Positions 12,732 through 24,640 of a DNA stretch of 64,000 nucleotides are shown in pieces. The position numbers were made by a program, and so were the translations under genes. Location: NCBI GenBank assembly GCA_038087875.1, contig CM075991.1, forward strand, positions 3,906,001 through 3,970,000, given 5' to 3'. The notes below the pieces were generated by a model that saw only the letters and a program-made list of their open reading frames with translations, searched no databases and was not told where the DNA came from. The stretch is from Malacoraja senta (Eukaryota). Numbering within the stretch: position 1 is the stretch's first letter; each line of letters starts with the position of its first letter.

Positions 12732-13833
12732 CTAGTTTAAAGTCTCCCCAGTAGCCTTTGCAAATCTCCCCGCCAGGATATTGGTCCCCCTCGGGTTCAA
12801 GTGCAACTCGTCCTTTTTGTACAGGTCACACCTTCCCCAAAAGAGGTCCCAATGATCCAGAAATTTGAATCCCTGCCCTCTGCACCAGTCCTTCAGCCAC
12901 GCATTTATCCTCCACCTCGCTCCATTCCTACTCTCACTGTCGCGTGGTACAGGCAGTAATCCCGAAATTGTTACCTTTGCGGTCCTTCTTTTTAACTCTC
13001 CTCCTAACTCCCTAAATTCTCCTTTCAGGACCTCTTCTCTTTTTCTACCTATGTCATTGGTACCTCTATGTACCACGACCTCTGGCTCCTCTCCCTCCCA
13101 TTTCAGGATATCTTGGACACGTTCAGACACATCCCAGACCCTGGCACCCGGGAGGCAAACTACCATCCGGGTCTCCCGACTGCGTCCACAGAATCGCCTG
13201 TCTGACCCCCTAACTATAGAGTCCCCTATTACTAATGCCCTCCTCTTCTTTTCCTTACCCTTCTGAGCAACAGGACCAGTCTCTGTACCGGAGGCCCGGC
13301 CGCTGTCGCTACCCCCAGGTAGGCTGTCCTCCCCCAACAGTACTCAAACAGGAATACTTATTGTCAAGGTGTACAGCCACCGGGGTACTCTCTAGTCCCT
13401 GCCTGTGCCCCTTGCCCCTCCTAACCGTGACCCACTTGCCTGCCTCCTGTGGTCTTGGAGTGACCACCTCTCTGTAACTCCTCTCAATGACTTCCTCGCT
13501 CTCCCTGACCAGACGGAGGTCATCGAGCTGCTGCTCCAGGTTCCTAATACGGTCCCTTAGGAGCCCCATCTCGACGCACCTGGCGCAGATGTGGACGTCT
13601 GGAAGGCTATCAGATTCCTTGACCTCCCACATCTGACATCCAGAACAGTAAACTGCCCTGGCCCTCATACTCCCCTTACCTAGGATACAATACATCTGAC
13701 ATCCAGAACAGTAAACTGCCCTGGCCCTCATACTCCCCTTACCTAGGATACAATACAAAGTACAGTACAGTACAATACAATCAGCAGGGATCCGACTCCC
13801 AATCAGCTGCTCCCTCTTGTCTGCTTCCACCAA
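12732..13833 (-). pseudogene. CR1 ORF1: zinc finger/leucine zipper plus SGNH esterase
   Basis: CSGC..HICARC and LEQQLDDL in ORF 13309-13833; LVIGDSIVRG, GTNDI and DELHLN in ORF 12732-13337; frameshift at the C run 13331-13335. Confidence 0.88.
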
Positions 13834-14272
13834 TCAGCGGCTTCCTCGAGCCCACTTGTTTTGAAATGTGAATGGAACGTTGGAACGTTACAGATTTCGG
13901 TTCCTCCTCCCTCTGCGACCTCTCCAACGGCTCTCGGGCCTCTGTAAGAAGCAAGCCACGCGCTCGAGTTTATCTCCTACCGCTCGGGTGTAGCTCCTCC
14001 CTCTGTGACATTTCGGGTTGAGACCCTTCAATAAACAAGCTGACTGGCTAGCACGCAACAAAAGCTTTTCATTGTACCTCGGTACACGCGACAATAAACT
14101 GAACTAAACTGAAAAAATGTTCAGTGTACACACACGCACACGCACAATAATAGTGCAAAAAGACAGAAACCAATGCCCCCAAGTCAATGTAGTTCAGTTT
14201 ATTTGGAGGTTGCAGTGTTTAACAGCTTGATGGGTGTAAAAGGAACCTGGACGTGACAATTTCCTGTCTCCA

Positions 14273-14332
14273 GTGTCTTGTGTGTGTGTGTTGTGTCTGT
14301 GTGTGTGTCTGTGTGTCTGTGTGTATGTCTGT

Positions 14333-14399
<67 letters not shown>

Positions 14400-14657
14400 T
14401 GTGTGTATGTGTCTGTGTCTGTGTCTGTGTCTCTGTGTGTGTCAGTGTCAGTGTCAGTGTCTGTGTGTGTCTGTGTGTCTGTGTCCGTGTGCGTGTTGTG
14501 TATGTGTGTGTGTGTCTGTGTCCGTGTGTGTGTGTGTCTGTGTGTCTGTGTGTGTGTGTGTGTGTGTGTCTGTGTCTGTGTCTGTGTCCGTGTGTGTGTG
14601 TGTGTGTCTGTGTGTGTCTGTGTCCATGTGTGTGTCTGTGCCTGTGTGTCTGTGTCC

Positions 14658-14696
<39 letters not shown>

Positions 14697-14723
14697 TGTG
14701 TCCGCGTGTGTGTGTCTGTGTCC

Positions 14724-14778
<55 letters not shown>

Positions 14779-14834
14779 TGTCTGTCTGTGTCTGTGTCTC
14801 TGTGTCTCTGTGTCTCTGTGTGAGAGAGAGAGAG
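14273..14834. repeat. Compound (GT)n/(GTGTCT)n microsatellite ending in (GA)n
   Basis: About 560 bp, seen directly; it generates spurious VC/HT ORFs. Confidence 0.98.
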
Positions 14835-14929
14835 ATCCAACTGTATGACTTCTGCCCCCTTTTCTGCGACCTCTTCCCCGATGCCATGTTCCGCCTTCAG
14901 AACACATCACATCTGGAAAGTGTTTTTGT

Positions 14930-15040
14930 GGGGACGGGGGGCAGTTTTGAGGGAATCCCTTTGCCGATTGGTTGCTGCTGCTCACTGCATTACATCATCG
15001 GCCGGAGCAGCAGAGAGGTGCGGCTGGCAGGGCGGGGGAA
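14930..15040 (+). promoter_or_regulatory. Putative LOXL2 promoter
   Basis: CpG-richer non-repeat stretch with GGGAATCCC (14951-14959), an inverted CCAAT box (ATTGG 14967-14971), ATTACATCA (14989-14997) and a GC box (GGGCGGGG ~15030), upstream of a strong splice donor. Confidence 0.5.
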
Positions 15041-15206
15041 AGTGACAGGACACTGGGAGATCGATCCAGCAGTGGGTTGGAGCATCTGAACTGGGCGAAG
15101 TGTGTAGAAGAGGCAGCCGAACTGTACCAGCTCTCTGAATTAACCAGAGACCAGGACCTCAGTCGAGAGAGAGCGAGCGAGCGAACTGCTGGATAACGGT
15201 ATCCCA
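15000..15206 (+). other. LOXL2: Putative LOXL2 non-coding exon 1 (start approximate)
   Basis: ATG-free GC-rich segment ending in CCCA|GTAAGT (donor at 15207). The first coding exon has its own acceptor, so an upstream UTR exon is needed, as in mammalian LOXL2. Confidence 0.55.
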
Positions 15207-18200
15207 GTAAGTATATGGAGGGGGGTCTATCTGTGAAGTTAATCCATATGCTAGAAACTTTCACTGTTCTTAACATAATAGTGTCGGTGCAAGCTGGAGA
15301 TGGAAATACATTTGCATACGGGGTGATAACGACTGCAACCATTTCAGCGATAACTTCAAGGCGTGAAAATATTAAGGGGGATGGCGGCGAAAGTTGAAGA
15401 TGTGTGCGGGATGGGGGTTGGGGGATGAGATGGGGGCATTATTAACTTTATTGCAGCGGCTCTCCGTGTGTTCGGTTTGACCTATTGAACCTTAGCCACG
15501 TCCTGTTACATTCGTCGCCCCCCATAGCTCTCGACCTAACCGCTCCCCACTCCAGGCTGCAAGTGAGAATTTCATTGTTCCATCTGGGACATATGGCGAT
15601 TAAATTCTCTCGACTATCGACTGCGGGAGGAAAAGTTGCAGGAAGGAGAGGACTCCGGCTGTAAATCTGAGACGGTTACTTTGCTCGCATTCCGACAAAG
15701 AACCGCAAAACCAAAAAAAACCCACACAATTCGAGGTAGATAACGTTCTCTTAAATACTATACGATAGAACTTTATTTATCCCAGGAGGGAAATTGATCT
15801 GTCAACAGCCATAAAAACACAAAATACATGAAACATGAAATCTTTTTTTTTTTTAAACTGGGGCACCCAGTCCTTCAAGGGAATTGAAGAGCAGCCTCGT
15901 TACCTACAGAGGAGGGAGAATGTGGAACTGGCTCACTGCTGCGAGATTTTCAAATTTCGAGAGTCTTCAATTGTCATTTATACCGACGCGGTACAATTAC
16001 ATTCTGAAGATAGACTGGAGTAACTCAGCGGGTCAGGCTGCATCTCTGGAGAAAAACGTATAGATGACGTTTCGGCAGCAGGATCTCAATCCCAACCTAT
16101 TCCTTTTCTCCAGAGATCCTGCCTGACCCGCTAAATTGTAGGGGAAATTTGAGTAAAGACGGGGGAGAGAACAGAATGCAGTTTTGCTGATGAAAGTCGG
16201 GCAAAGTCATCGACCACCAATGAATGCTGTCTGGTTTTCTCTCCACAGACACCCTCTAACTTGCTGGGTTTTATTTCACATTTTTCGTTCGTGTTTCAGA
16301 TTCTTTACGCCTGCAGGATTTTGCTCTTGTAATTGGATTCTGTGCTATGAGCACTGTGGTTTTTTCTGTGCAGCTTTTTGGACGTGGAAAGCAGATTTTG
16401 GCTAAAAAGCGATGCCTTGAATCTCACAATTATGCAGCATCTGGCGATTTTTCGGGTCAGGACTCCAGACTGATCTGAAGTCGCCCATCCATGTCCTCCT
16501 GAGATATTGCCTGGCCCGCTGAGTTACTCCAGCACTTTGCACTTTACTCAAGATTCCAGCATCTGTGTTTCATTGTGTCTCCTCGAATCTCACTAGAACT
16601 GCACAATATTGCACTAAATTCGGTTTAGTTTAGTTTATTATCACATGTACAGTGGTGCAGAGAAAAGCTTTTGTTTCCAGCTAGCCTGACAATACACGAT
16701 TACAATCGGGCCAACCGCAGTGTACTGATACATGATAAAGGGAATTATGTGAATAATGTTTAGTGCAAGATAAAGTACAGGAAATGCCGACCAAAGGTAG
16801 TCCAGGGGTCTTCAATAAGGTAGAGAGTGGTTCAGGACCCTCTGTCTAGTTGTTGTAGGGTGGTTCAGTGATAACTGCTGGGGAGAAACTGTCAATTAAT
16901 CTGGGCGGGGGGGGGGGGGTGTTTTCGCACTTTGTACCTCTTGCCCGATGGGAGAGACAACAGACAATAGATGCAGGAGAGATTGCCTGGCCCTTCCAGC
17001 CAGCACCGCCATTCAATGTGATCATGGCTGATCATCCCCAATCAGTACCCCGTTCCTGCCTTCTCCCCATATCCCCCGACTCCGCTATTTTTAAGAGCCC
17101 TATCTAGCTCTGTCTTGAAAGCATCCAGAGAACCTGCCTCCACCAGGCAGAGAAGTGGGAGTGGTCAGGGTGCAACTCTTCCTTGATCAAGCTGAAAATA
17201 AACACCAAAAGCTGGAGTAACTCAGCGGGACAGGCAGCATCTCTGGAGAGAAGGAATGGGTGACGTTCCGGGTCGAGACACTTCTTCAGATCAAGCTGGT
17301 CGCCTTGTGGAAAATACTTTAGAGCCATATTCTTTAAGTTCATCCAAGGGGCAGCAGCTAGCTCAATTCCTCTTGCTCTGTCAGTATTTATCATGTCCCT
17401 TGAGGCTGACAACACTGTGTGTCCTGCTAGTCTCTGATTTATTAGGAAGCTAAATTGCCCCTTTGCAAATGTCTCACTTTGCTAATATTTTGTCAGCTTC
17501 TGAGCACTTAACTTTTTTCCCTCTGTGCCAGGAAAAACCTGGATTTGAGTTCCATGCACAGAGATGACCACGTAAATCTGATTCATCAGATGCAATACTA
17601 AGGGAATGTTACACAATCAGAGGAGCAGTTACAAATAACTGTCCATATTCTTGTCATAAGAACAAAAGAAGGCCATTCGGACCATTGAGTCTACTCCATC
17701 ACTCAATCATGGCTGATCTATCTTTCCCTCTCAACCCCATTCTACTGCCTTCTCCCCATAACCCTTGACGCCAGTACCCTGTCAATCTCCACCCTATAAA
17801 TACAAAATGACTTGGCCTCCACAGCCATCTGTGGTAATCAAATTCCACAGTTTCACCACTCTCTGAGTAAAGAAATCCCTCCTCATCTCCTTTTTTAAGG
17901 TATGTCCTTTTATTTTGAAGTCATGCCCTTTGGTTCTAGGCTTTGCCCCTAGTGGAAACATCCTCTCATATCCACTCTATCTGGCTTTTCACTATTCGAT
18001 AGAGTGGAGGAATAGTGAAAGGTTGTTTAGAGGAGAGGTTACATTGAGGTCTCGGACAGATGTCAAAGGTCTCAAGAAGGGTCTCGACCCGAAATGTCAC
18101 CTATCCATGTTTAAGAAAGAACTGCAGATGCTGCCAAAATCGAAGGTAGACACAAAATGCTGGAAAAACTCAGCAGCTATGGAGAGAAGGAATTAGCAGC

Positions 18201-19235
18201 GTTTCAGGTCTGCAGAACTCTGTGGATCTTGAAGTGACTGAGAGATAGTCCATGTGAATTTTCTTTTTAGACAAAGCATTTATAACCCATCCCTGTCTGA
18301 AGAAGGGTCTCGACCCGAAACGTCACCAATTCCTTATCTCCATAGATGCTGCCCCATCCGCTGAGTTTCTCCAGCATTTTATGTCACCTATCCATGTTCT
18401 CCAGAGATGCTGCCTGACCTGCTGAGTTACTCCAGCACTTTGTGTCATTTTGTGTCCAAGGCACGTTTCTGATTGTGGTGAGGGAAGTAAATACTGTGGA
18501 ATGCTTGGATTCTGTTCTGCTCGACAAAACTAGCACTGAGACATGTTAGCTGTTTTTTGAATACTACTATTTATGGCATATTTCTGTGTGTAAGAGAGGC
18601 TGCTACATTTGAAACATTACGCTACTGTCTGCACTTCAGAATTGCCTTATTGACTGTCAGGTAATTTTGACATGTCTTGAGATTATAACCAGCACCACAA
18701 ATTCTTTCAAGTTCAGTAATCCAATGCCAGAAATCTTCTACTGACAGAAACATGTTTCAGCATTCTTTATCTGTTTGCGTGGAACAGCTGCAGAACTCTG
18801 TGGATCTTGAAGTGATTGAGAGATAGTCCATGTGAATTTTCTTTTTAGACAAAGCATTTATAACCCATCCCTGTCTGAAGAAGGGTCTCGACCCGAAACG
18901 TCACCCGTTCCTTCTCTCAAGAGACGCTGCCTGTCCTGCTAAGTTACTCGAGCTTTTTGTGTCTATCTTCAGTTTAAACAAGCATCTGCAGTTCCCTCCT
19001 ACATATAACCCATCCCTCGTTGCCTTTGAGAGGGTGGTGATGTATCTTCAGCTTGAACTGTTGCAGTCCTCCTGGTGCAGGTGCTCCCACCATGACAATG
19101 AAAAATAAACCTGCAGATGGCAAGATCGAACTGGATCGCTGAGCTGTGCAATATCAGCACTAACTGCTGTGTCACTGTGGTGGTGCACAACTGACAATGG
19201 GCATTCTAGGCTAGTGGAAACTCCTGAGTAAAACA

Positions 19236-19780
19236 TACAATATACAATATGTTGGTGAGGCCACGTTTAGAGTATTGTGTTCAGTTTTGGTCACCCTGTT
19301 GTAGGAACAATGTTAAGCTGGAAAAAGTGCAGAGAACATTTATGTGGATGTTGCCAGGACTTAAGGGCCTGAGCTACAGAGAGAGGTTGAGCAGGCCAGG
19401 ACTTTATTCCTTGGAGCGCAGGAGGATGAGGGGTGATCTTATGGAGGTGTACACGATCATGAGAGGAATAGATAGGGTAAATGCACAGTCTTTTACCTAA
19501 AGTAGGGGACTCAAGAACCAGAGGACATAGTTTTAAGGTGAGAGGAGAACGATTTAATAGGACCCTTAGGTACAACATGTTATACCCATGGTGGTAGGTA
19601 TATGGAATGAACAGCCAGAGGAGATAGTTGAGGCAGGTACTATCACAACGTTTAGAAAACATTTGGACATGAACATAGATAGTAGAGGTTTAGAGCGATA
19701 TGGGCCAAACCCAGGCAGGCGGGACTAGTGTCGATGGGGCATATTGGTTGGCAAAGGTCTGTTTCCATGCTGTATGACTC
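19236..19780 (+). mobile_element. Degenerate CR1/HER1 3' fragment
   Basis: LVRPRLEYCVQFWSP..ERRRMRGDL followed by an HER1-type 3' end. Confidence 0.8.
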
Positions 19781-21000
19781 TGTTGAATATAACACATGGA
19801 GCCAGAGAGTTAAGAATGGGTTACCTTTTGGTTTTTTAGCTTTAATCTTTATACTCAATTGCATTTTAAAAGATTGTTTGTAGCAGGGCACATTATACAT
19901 TGCAGAAAGGCTCCTGATTTTCATTTGGATGTTGAATGTGTCCCTGTGAAGTGTTGGCCTGTTCCTGCCTTGCTCCACCCATCTAATGATCATCCCTCGT
20001 CAAACGTCAACAACAGAGGACGTTTGTGCCACAGCCACGCATCCCAAGGTAATTCCCGGGAATGCTGACAGGCGAGATTTGACGCTGACTCACGAAAGGA
20101 CATGCCACGAAACATTTGGGCAGAGATGCAGTATTAAGGAGGATTTTAAAGAGCGAAAAGTAGACGGAGGAGCATGTGTGAGGGATTTACAGAGGAACTT
20201 CCAGGGATTGAACACTTTACAGCTGAGGCAGTAATACAACGATGTAAACATTTGGCCGTGCAAGAGGCCAGAACTGGCTGAGACTGTATCTTTTGCAGGC
20301 CTGTACTGCTGGAGGTTATAACTGAAACAGCAGGACCATGGGCAGATATAAGGAAAGATGCAAACTTTAGTTTACTTTAGAGATACAGCACGGAAACAGG
20401 CCCTTCGGCCCACTGAGTCCGCACTGAACAGCGATTCCCGTATCCTACACACTCGGGACAATTTACAAGTCTTACTGAAGTCAATTAATCTACAAAACCG
20501 ATACGTCTTTGGAGTGTGGGAGTAAACCGGTGTACCTGGAGAAAACCCATGCAGGTCACGGGGAGAACGTACAAACTCCGTAAAGACAGCACCCGTAGTC
20601 AGGATCAAACCCGGGTCTCTGGCGCTGTAACCTCTGCACTACATGAAGAGTGGTATTTTACAGCAAGGTGTCCTCTGTTGCAAAGTAAATTATTAATTTC
20701 TCATGGTGAATCTGATCAATAGAAATACAAAAAATAATATTGGGTCGCGGTGCAAGAAGACCGGAAAAATAATGGAGCAATTTCATTTGGATAGTCTGTT
20801 GGGTGAACCAGCTTTGTTGAAATCACACACAATCAAAGGCAAAGATTTTTTTTTTGTGTGAAACAGGGGCTGATAATGAAATCAGTGTTTTCAGCTAAAC
20901 TTGTTTTTATTTCACTGGTAGGAGACTAGCACTGACCTCTGGACCTCGAGGGCAAGGAGCTGAGTTTAAGCTTCTTCGCTGCCCAGTGAAGTAGCGTAGA

Positions 21001-21301
21001 ATGAAAGCCATCCTTTGCATCCTCCATCGCTCGTTGGTCCTGGTGGTCTTCCTCTGCTTCTTGGAGCTACATGGCTTGGTGCAGGACGACGCCGTGAAGC
21101 AAGTCCCCAGGATTCAAGCGCGGCTGGCAGGCAGGAGGAAGAAAGGGAATGAGGGGCGGATCGAGGTCCACTACAACGGCGAGTGGGGCACGGTGTGTGA
21201 TGATGACTTCTCCATTGCAACGGCGCATGTGATATGTAAGGAACTGGGCTTCATTCAAGCGGAAAGCTGGGTGCCTGGTGCCAAGTATGGCCGTGGAAAA
21301 G
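21001..21301 (+). CDS. LOXL2: LOXL2 first coding exon (exon starts 20922): signal peptide and SRCR1 N-half
   Basis: Acceptor AG at 20920-20921; in-frame TAG at 20992-20994 before ATG 21001. Hydrophobic leader, then RLAG..EGRIEVHYNGEWGTVCDDDFS..VICKELGF. Donor G|GTAAGG. Lies next to ENTPD4 in the same orientation, as in human. Confidence 0.9.
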
Positions 21302-21654
21302 GTAAGGAAAATTAACATTGCATTATGTCTATTGGAATGGAGTGCTGTAAGGTCTCTGGAGATCATTTGCTGATGCCATCCAGTTCTACCTGTAGGAAGA
21401 AACTGCAGATACTGGTTTATACTGAAGATAGATGCAAAATGCTGGAGTAACTTAGCGGGTTAGGCAACATCTCTGGAGAAAAGGAATAGGTGACATAGGA
21501 ATAGAGACCCTTTTTCAGACCCAAAATGTCACCTATTCCTTTTCTCCAGAGATGCAGCCTGACCCGTCGAGTTACTCCAACATTTTGTGTCCATCCAGTA
21601 CTATGTCAATTTGGTGGCAGGTCGTTGTGTGCCAAGCTGAAAAGAGCGCAGTGA

Positions 21655-22327
21655 GTCTGTTGCCAAGACATGGGCTTGTGCTATAGGGAGATGTTGGGCA
21701 GGCTAGGACATTATTCCTTGGAGCGCAGGAAGATGAATGGCAATATTATAGAGATCTATGAGATCATGAGGGGAATAAACAGGGTTAATGCACAGAGTCT
21801 TTTACCTAGAGTATTGTGAATCAAGGATCAAGGGGCATAGATTTAAGATGAGAGTGGAAAGATTTAATAGGACCCTAATGGGTAACATTTTCACACCGAT
21901 GGTAGTTGGTATATGGAATGAGCTGCCAGAGGAGGTAGTTGAGGCAGGTACTATAACAACATTTCAAATAAATTTGGACAGGTACATGGATAGGAAAGGG
22001 CTAGAGCAACCTGGGTTAAATATATCCCCAGGGGATAAATTTCGCCTACTCGCGGTAAATTTGTTGATTCTGGATTTGTACATATATTTTCTCATTGACT
22101 GACTGTGTTTGGTTCTGTTCATCATTTGTTGTTCATAAATAAGTGAAAAAACATTGTTATGTGCTGTTAAAGTTGCCAGGGGTAAACGGGTCAAAAATGG
22201 TTGGGAACCCCTGGGCTAGAGGGGTATGGGTCAAATGCAGGCAGGTGGGACCAATGTAGACGGACCATCTTGGTTGGCATGGGGAAGTTGGGCTGAAGGG
22301 CCTGTTTCTATGCTGAATGACTCCATG
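21655..22327 (+). mobile_element. Degenerate CR1/HER1 3' fragment interrupted by a hAT MITE
   Basis: GIWNELPEEVVEAG..LDRYMDRKGLE; the LINE resumes after 22221. Confidence 0.75.
22007..22213. mobile_element. hAT/Charlie-type MITE
   Basis: 8-bp TSD GGCTAGAG (21999-22006 and 22214-22221); right end GGTTGGGAACCCCTG; left TIR partly deleted. Confidence 0.75.
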
Positions 22328-22766
22328 ACAATTCTGTCCACTTGGTCAGTTTCTTTGAGGCAGTTTTGAACTTCTCCCATAAATATGCTTTCTTGCCCAA
22401 ACCTTATTTTTCTAGCTTCTAAAGATCTGCCAGCCTTAGTTTTGAATGTGCTCCATGACTGAGCATTATGGGTTTCCAGGGAATTTGAAAGTTTCACAAT
22501 TCTCTGATGGAAAAAAAATCTTCCGCATCTCAGTCCACATGAGCTGACCCATATGCTATCATTCCTAGTGCTAGACTCATTGCCAAGCCTGTCATCTCAC
22601 AAAGAATTTAATGATTCAACAAGGTCACCTCTTATGCTCTGAACCTTTATGGGCTCCCACTATTCAAAATGTCATCGCAGTACAACCTTCTCAACCCAGA
22701 ATCTTTTCAAAAGTTGTCCTAGGGAAGCATACCATTTAAGAAGACCAAAATGTATGCAATTTTCCC

Positions 22767-23637
22767 ATAGATACATAGATACATAGAAAATAGGTGCAGG
22801 AGTAGGCCATTCGGCCCTTCGAGCCTGCACCATTTATTGTCAAGGTGTACAGCCACCGGGGTACTCTCTAGTCCCTGCCTGTGCCCCTTGCCTCTCCCAA
22901 CCGTGATCCACTTGCCTGCCTCCTGTGGTGTTGGAGTGACCACATCCCTGTAACTCCTCTCAATGACTTCCTCGCTCTCCCTGACCAGACGGAGGTCATC
23001 GAGCTGCGTCTCCAGGTTCCTAATACGGTCCATTAGGAGCCCCATCTCGATACACCTGGCGCAGATGTGGACGTCTGGAGGGCTATCAGACTCCATGACT
23101 TCCCACATCTGACATCCAGGACAGTAAACTGCCCTGGCCCTCATACTCCCCTTACCCTGGATACAATACATCTGACATCCAGAACAGTAAACTGCCCTGG
23201 CCCTCATACTCCCCTTACCCTGGATACAATACATCTGACATCCAGAACAGTAAACTGCCCTGGCCCTCATACTCCCCTTACCCTGGATACAATACATCTG
23301 ACATCCAGAACAGTAAACTGCCCTGGCCCTCATACTCCCCTTACCCTGGATACAATACATCTGACATCCAGAACAGTAAACTGCGCTGGCCCTCATACTC
23401 CCCTTACCCTGGATACAATACAAAACAAACTGCTACAATACAGTACAATCAGCAGGGATCTGACTCCCAATCAGCTGCTCCCTCTTGTCTGCTTCCACCA
23501 ATCAGTGGCTTCCTCAAACCCACTTGTTTTTGAAGTGGAACTTGGAACGTTGCAGATTTCGGCCCCGCGCGCCTCTTTAAATCCTACCGCTCGGGTGTAG
23601 CTCCTCCCTCTGCGACCTCTCCAACGGCTCTCGGGCC
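22767..23637 (-). mobile_element. Internally deleted CR1 derivative (5' UTR and ORF1 N-terminus fused to the 3' terminus)
   Basis: 22834-23637 closely matches 13358-13940 of the full copy; 22767-22833 is the CR1 3' hairpin plus (CTATGTAT)n tail. Confidence 0.85.
23105..23421. repeat. 63-bp tandem repeat, 5 copies
   Basis: Units start at 23105, 23168, 23231, 23294 and 23357 and encode MYCIQGKGSMRARAVYCSGCQ on the minus strand; 2 copies occur at 13629-13754. Confidence 0.95.
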
Positions 23638-24640
23638 ATGTCAAAGCTACTCGGAGATATGACTCTTAAATAGACATCACCTCTTTTTTCTACCTCCCCC
23701 CCGCTTTCCTTCCTCTTCCCTATGACAAAGGTCTACTGAAGAACCCCGAGCTCAGGATTAGATGAATAGTTATGCTTTATAACTTACGGACCTATCTCCA
23801 AAGTTGTAAATTACTCCAATCTTCTTTATCATGCCTTTTTTTAAATTTCTCACTTTCTATCTATAACCTAAATAGAAGCAGAGTTAATATACAATAGAAG
23901 CAGAGTTAATATACAACTGATAAAGGAGGCCCACTATTATTTTGATAGCTGGACTCCCACCTATTAGCAACGTAGGATTGATATATAAGAAATGTTTGTA
24001 TTATGATATGCACATGCTTCTAATAAAAATATATATATTTTTAAAAGAACTCGTTAATCTCTCATTAACCTTGTTGTCTTGCTTGCCTTGGGAAAGCAGT
24101 CTGTATAATCAAGGGCCACTCAGACCCCAGTCATTCCCTCTTCTCCCCTTTCCAATCAGTCACATTAAACAAAAGCTTGAAAGCGTGAACCACCTCATTC
24201 AAGAACAGTTTCTTCCCTGCTGTTATTAGACTCTTGAATGGACCTCTCGTGTACTAGCCATGCATTCCCGATCTTCCAACCTACCTCGTTGTGGCCTTTG
24301 CACTTTTTTTTATCTGTACTTTCTCTGAAGCTACATATCTGCACTCTGTTTATTTTCTACTTTGCATTACCTGATATACTCATGTATGGTATGAATTGCC
24401 TGGATAGCTCGCAAAACAATGTTTTTCACTGTAGCTTCACATGACAATAATAAATTATTAACAATACCAGCTTTACTATCCAACCTTAAGCCAAAAGGAG
24501 ATGGTTGATGGGGTTTTGCTGTTGATACCCACATGTTATTTCTCCCTTTACCTGGTATCCTCCAGTTCCATAGAATGGAATATAAAGCATAAAATATAGA
24601 ACTGTGTGTTAACTCATCTTGATACTTGATGAATCCCTTG

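Larger units (their letters stand above)
9542..14004 (-). mobile_element. Full-length CR1 LINE (about 4.5 kb), frameshifted
   Basis: 5' UTR, ORF1, ORF2, 3' hairpin and CTATGTTT-like tail. Flanked by GTGACAT (9535-9541 and 14005-14011), splitting a Penelope-end repeat. Confidence 0.92.

Noticed and set aside
14194..15089. Long His/Thr- and Val/Cys-rich ORFs
   Set aside because: Translations of the (GT)n microsatellite; the same applies at 57781-58329.
15490..16390. ACGTG hypoxia-element-like sites in intron 1
   Set aside because: 5-mers expected by chance; no conservation evidence available.
23105..23421. Regular repeats resembling a CRISPR array
   Set aside because: Head-to-tail 63-bp units with no spacers, inside a CR1 ORF1, in eukaryotic DNA.
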